Part shown: piece after piece, positions 32,721-37,236 of the stretch
Position numbering within the stretch: position 1 is the stretch's first letter
Layout of the letters: every line of letters starts with the position of its first letter
Source: Raja brachyura
Taxonomy: Eukaryota
DNA length: 37,236 nucleotides
Reading direction: 5' to 3'
Assembly (NCBI GenBank): GCA_963514005.1
Contig: OY740792.1
Coordinates: forward strand, 27,430,765-27,468,000
The notes under the pieces: generated by a model
What the model saw: only the letters and a program-made list of their open reading frames with translations
Databases searched by the model: none
What the model was told of the DNA's origin: nothing
Position numbers and translations under genes: made by a program

Positions 32721-34037
32721 GTGGGGTGGGGGGGGGGGTGCGAAGATGAAGGCCAAGCACCAGCAGTGAGGGGTTTGGTAGATGGCAGTCCAATTGGTGT
32801 GGTGGGAACCCTGCTTTTGCTCTTTGAGGGTGTGGGTTGACAGATTTATGGGTTACAATCGCCACTTGGAAGGTTGAGGGTGAGGTTGGGGTGAGGGTGA
32901 GGCCTGAGCCATTCATTAAATAACCTAAGGAGGACCTAACTGAGATAGTTTCTGAGATTTAGCCTGGGACATAGCTCAGGGAGGTACCCAAGTCAGCAGA
33001 GCAGGTCTCAAGCACTATGGAAACATATTTCTGCGGGACCATTCCATCATGACTGCAGCCCCTAAAACCATCACCCAGACAAGTGTTCCACACCATTGGA
33101 CGCCATCTATTTGTCCGTGATTTTCTGTTCATTACAGGTTAACCATATAGTGTAATCCAAAACAGATATATCAGATTTAGCAATCCATGCTGAGTGTTTT
33201 TGATTTTCATTGTCATCTTAAATTTCACAGAAATTGTATTGTACAATGCAGAACAATATGATGTGATTTCATTTCCAGGAAAGCACTTTGATAGAACTGC
33301 TCTTGGCTTGATCCGTGATTCAAATGGTTTGCAATGTTTTGAAAACAAAAGGACACTTTTTTTCACCATAATCTGTTCTGTGCCAAACTTTGCTTGTTAA
33401 TCTATTCTCAGAACATTCAGACAGATACAGCACAGCAACAAACTGAAGCTATTTGTTACATTCTGCTCTTACAATAACCAGGACTGTCATGCTTGGGAGT
33501 TGAATCTTTTCCTTTATGACCCAGAAGCAATAATGCGATTATTAAGTGAACACTCTTGCAACCTTACACCCATATTAGCATTACTAACTACCTGTGCACA
33601 TGCACAAATACAAGCTGCTGTGATAATTTGTGATTTCAATGTCACTAGGGTATGTTACTGTCAAAGAGATTGGAAAAAAATTAAGATCAGGTATGTGTAT
33701 GGAAAGGCTACTCATCCTATGTAAGTCCTGGGTCTTCAATAAAGATGATCAATTGAGCTCCGTCTTTAACATTACAATTGATGCCCTGCACTGCAGACTG
33801 AAGATGTGCTTGCTGAATTAATTCTAAATGACCTGGTTCTTGATGGTGGCTTCCCCTTATTCTGGATTCCCCCGTCAGGAGGCAATAGTCATCCTCTAGT
33901 TACCTTTATCAGACTCAGTTATCATTGTAAATACCACAATCTGATTTGTATTTTTCCAAATTTGAGCACCCTCACGAATAATCACTCCACCATCGATGGC
34001 TGAACCTTTGCTGCCAAATTCTTTAAATCTGGAGGCC

Positions 34038-34226
34038 TAAAGAAACTATGGATGCTGGAATCTTGTGTAAAATATAAAATTCTGGAGGAACTCAACTGGT
34101 CAGGCAATGTCTGTGGAGAGAACGGGTAGGCATTGTTTCGAGAGTTCTAACCCAAAACATCAGGTATCCATTTACTCCACTGATGTTGCCTGACCCACTG
34201 GGTTCCTCCGGTACTTTGTGTTTCTT
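34038..34226. mobile_element. Palindromic Penelope pLTR-derived element inside an L2-like remnant
   Basis: CTGGAGGAACTCAACTGGTCAGGCAATGTC versus GATGTTGCCTGACCCACTGGGTTCCTCCGG. Confidence 0.65.
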
Positions 34227-34514
34227 TAAAAGTAGAGTTCCCTCAACAAATAGTTTGCCTTCATACTTATTTCCTTTGGTGATCTGACCCAATATCTTGC
34301 TACTTCATTTTATAATGGCCCTGTAAAACACCTTTGGTTACTTTTCTACATCACAGCTACGTATAAATGCAACATTTTGTTCAAAGTCAAACACCCCCCC
34401 CCAAATCAAATATCTTCACTTAAGGGGTACACTCAAGGCCATTTTGAAAGTGATGCTACAACCCTTATTGTGTTGTGGTGAATCCTCAGATGATCCCTAG
34501 TTATAGTCACACCA

Positions 34515-34865
34515 TCATAGATTCTTACGGCGCGGAAACAAGCTCTTCCGCACACCTTCTCCATGCTGACCATGATGCACACTAGCTCCATGTTCCTGCA
34601 TTTGCCCATTTCCCTCTCAACCTTTCCTGTCCATGTACCTGTCCAAATGTATTTTAAATGTTATAGTACCTACCTCCTCTGGCAGCTTGTCCCATATATC
34701 ACTGCCCAGTGTCTAAAAAAGTTGCTCCATGTTCCAATTAAATCTTCCCCTTCTCACCTTAAAGCCATACCCTCTGGTTCTTGATTCCCCTACTCTGGGT
34801 AAAAGATTGTGCATTCACCCTATCTATTACCTTCAATGATTTTTTACACCTCTATAAGTTCACCC
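34515..34865 (-). mobile_element. Degraded CR1 3' fragment
   Basis: CCTTCTCACCTTAAAGCCATACCCTCTGGTTCTTGATTCCCCTACTCTGGG is the reverse complement of the CR1 motif at 3045-3095. Confidence 0.75.
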
Positions 34866-34927
34866 CCTCAGCCTCCTCTGGTCAATGGAGGCTATGCCTT
34901 CAACATCCAAGGCCCCACGTTCTTCAG

Positions 34928-35642
34928 AGTAGATACAAGGAACTGCAGTTGCTGGTTTATAAAAGAAGCAGCTCAGTGGGTCAGGCAGCATCTCAAGAGA
35001 ACATTGATAGGCAATGTTTCAGATTGGGATCCCTCTTCAAACCCATTGTGGGGTGGGTGAGGGGGAGGGGGGGGGGGAGGGGAGAAAACTAGAAGGGGTA
35101 GGGCAAAGCCTGGCAGGTAATAAGCTGTCACAGGTAAGGAAGGTCATTTGATAGGGAGATGGGTGAACAAAGACCAGAGATAAAAAGACAGATGGTGTGA
35201 GGCAAAAAAATGGACAGAAAAGTCAGTATGGGAATATGAAGAGGATTTAAATTGGATAACAACCGGTAGATCCTGCAGGCCTTGGGGACTGAGAGCATGT
35301 GTTCATCAAAATGGTCATGGAGTCTACGCTTGGTCTCGCGAATGTACAGGAGGCCACATTGGACACGGCAAATGCTGTAGGTGAGGTTAGACGAGGTGCG
35401 CGTGAACATCTGTCTCACCTGGAAGGAATGCTGGGGTTCCTGGATGGGGACGAGGGAGGTGTAGGGACAGGTGTTACATCTCATGATCTCCTGCAGTTGC
35501 AGCGGAAAGTGTCTGGGGCCGGAGTGGTTTTAGTGGGAAGGGATGAGTGAACCAATGAGTTGCGGAGAGAGCAATCTCTGCAGAAGGCGGAAAAGAGTGG
35601 GGATGAGAAGATGTGACTGGTGGTGAGATCATATTGGAGATG
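34928..35642 (-). mobile_element. Penelope-like element fragment (GIY-YIG endonuclease and pLTR)
   Basis: ORF 35128..35484 RCNTCPYT...FTRTSSNLTYSIC..CGLLYIRETKRRL. Confidence 0.85.
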
Positions 35643-35644
35643 CA

Positions 35645-36657
35645 TCTCATCTAATCCATCCGGTTTTCTCGATGTGGCCTCCTGTACATCAGTGAGTCCA
35701 CAGTGAGAGTGAAGATGACCTCCTTCGACCTCCCTTCAACTATGTTGAAGACTATCTATGACTACCTTCGACTCTTTCAATAACCTTCGACTACCATCGA
35801 TTACCTACGAATAACATGCCAACCTACTACGACTAAACCTACGAGTAAAAAAAAAAATTTTTTTCCATGGCGACCTTTTTTTACTCGCGGGCATTTTTCA
35901 GCATGTTGAAAAATACGCCACGACCTAGCTGAGGCCTCGAGTACGTGGGGATTACTCTCGAGCATGAAGGAGAGTTACAAAAACCTCCTAAGACCTCGTG
36001 TCGACCATGCTGCGAGTATGAGTCGAGGGCAAACTCTTCTAAACTCGCCAAATAGGTTGCTGCAATGGGACAGCCCCTTCACACTCTATCTGCCAAGTCC
36101 TGCAGGATCTTCCGGTTGCTATCCATTTAAACTCCTCTTCCCGTTCCCATACTGACCTTGCTGTCCTGAGCCTCCTCCATTGCCCGTGTAGACACATGCA
36201 AACTTTAGGAACAGCACCTCATATTTTGTTTGGGTAGTTTACAACCCAACTGCATGAACATTAAATTCTCCAATTTTAGGTAACTACCTTAACTCTCCTG
36301 CTCTCCTCCCTCTTTTGTCCCCCTCTCCTCCCCTCAAGGCTCCATATGGACCATTCATCTGTTTCTCTCCTCCCAGCTACATTGCTACCTCTAGCTTCAC
36401 AATTTGCACCTCTTCAATCCTTTTGTCAAAAACTTTGTTATTTCATCCCTAGTTTTTGCCAATAATCTGCCGATCAATTAACCTTCCTCACCTGCGTCAG
36501 CCTATTACCCAGCATGTTTTGTACTGCCCCTCCCTCTCTTTTAGGTTTCTTTCCACCACCCCTACAATCAGTCTGCAGAAGGGCCCCGGACCTGAAATAT
36601 CACCTTTCCATGTTCTCCTAAGATGCTGCCTGACCTGCTGATTTACTCCAACATCTT
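35645..36657 (+). mobile_element. Oppositely oriented Penelope 3' arm, interrupted at about 35700-36080
   Basis: GATGTGGCCTCCTGTACATC, then EQHLIFCLGSLQPNCMNIKFSNFR* and pLTR CAGTCTGCAGAAGGGCCCCGGACCTGAAATATCAC. Confidence 0.8.
35700..36080. mobile_element. Partial MITE-like DNA element with CTTCGA/CTACGA internal repeats
   Basis: CpG-rich; ends TGGGACAGCCCCTT, close to the reverse complement of the AAGGGCCTGTCACA terminus at 36866. Confidence 0.55.
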
Positions 36658-36865
36658 CCCAGGTTCTTTAGCCTCTCTAGCCTGCAGGATATCCTTTGAG
36701 GAAAGCTAACACATCCCAAATTTATTTTTGTCTTCTGCGTCCAAAAAGGGTTTGCAATTGGATGTGGTGGTAAAAATATTGACAAAGCACACCCAGTGTC
36801 TCTATCTACAAAGCACCAGGATTAGTTTCCTAGTATGTGATAGAGAAAGATTGGTATTTATGCTT

Positions 36866-37236
36866 AAGGGCCTGTCACACTAGCGCGCGATTAGACGCGA
36901 TAAGCGCGACAAATTCGGACGCGGGGGTCGCGTGGGGGTCAGGCGATCCCGGTGCGAGTGAAGGGCCTGTCACACTAGCGCGCGATTACACGCGCGACGT
37001 CCGAAGGAAGGACGTTATTTTTCATCACGCGACGATGCGCATGAGCATGCGCGTTGCACGACGTCGGGCAGTGACGTCATCACGCAACGCCACGCTGAAG
37101 ACGCACAACGTCAAAACGTCATCACGTTCCGCGCGACAGGATTTTGCCGCGCGTAATTTTTAAGCAGTGTCGGTTTTTGGACACTACGCGCGATGTCGAC
37201 ACCAGCTCCACACGAGTCCGCGGAACTCCACCAGAC
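36866..37236. mobile_element. Young CpG-rich MITE-like DNA transposon end (PIF/Harbinger-like), runs off the window
   Basis: TTA/AGGGCCTGTCACACTAGCGCGCGATTA terminus, repeated exactly at 36961-36988; abrupt switch to undecayed CpG. Confidence 0.6.

Noticed and set aside
32512-33743. Claudin polyadenylation signals (ATTAAA 32512, AATAAA 33738)
   Set aside because: Cannot choose between them or separate them from chance without transcript data.

Overview
Repeat-rich vertebrate genomic DNA, not prokaryotic. The repeat content (CR1 LINEs, HE1-like SINEs, Deu-SINE-like relics, Penelope elements) suggests a cartilaginous fish, probably a skate or ray (inference). Two host genes point away from each other about 31 kb apart: the first coding exon of a WWC/KIBRA-family Hippo-pathway gene, most like WWC2 (minus strand, 285-415), and an intronless claudin-22/24-like gene (plus strand, 31798-32448, with a possible in-frame N-terminal extension from 31564). 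The rest is mostly nested transposon remnants: CR1, L2-like, RTE-derived, Rex1-like, Penelope elements with minimal hammerhead motifs, four non-autonomous Helitron-like elements and Harbinger-like MITEs. There is an assembly gap at 4871-5024. The most unusual signal is two independent cases where an inverted copy of nearby genomic DNA is joined directly to the last 40-65 nt of a CR1 3' tail (10650-10818 copied to 11664-11832; 13220-14235 copied to 21506-22522). This suggests CR1-associated template switching that makes local inverted duplications. All family calls are from recalled motifs, not database searches, and repeat boundaries are approximate.
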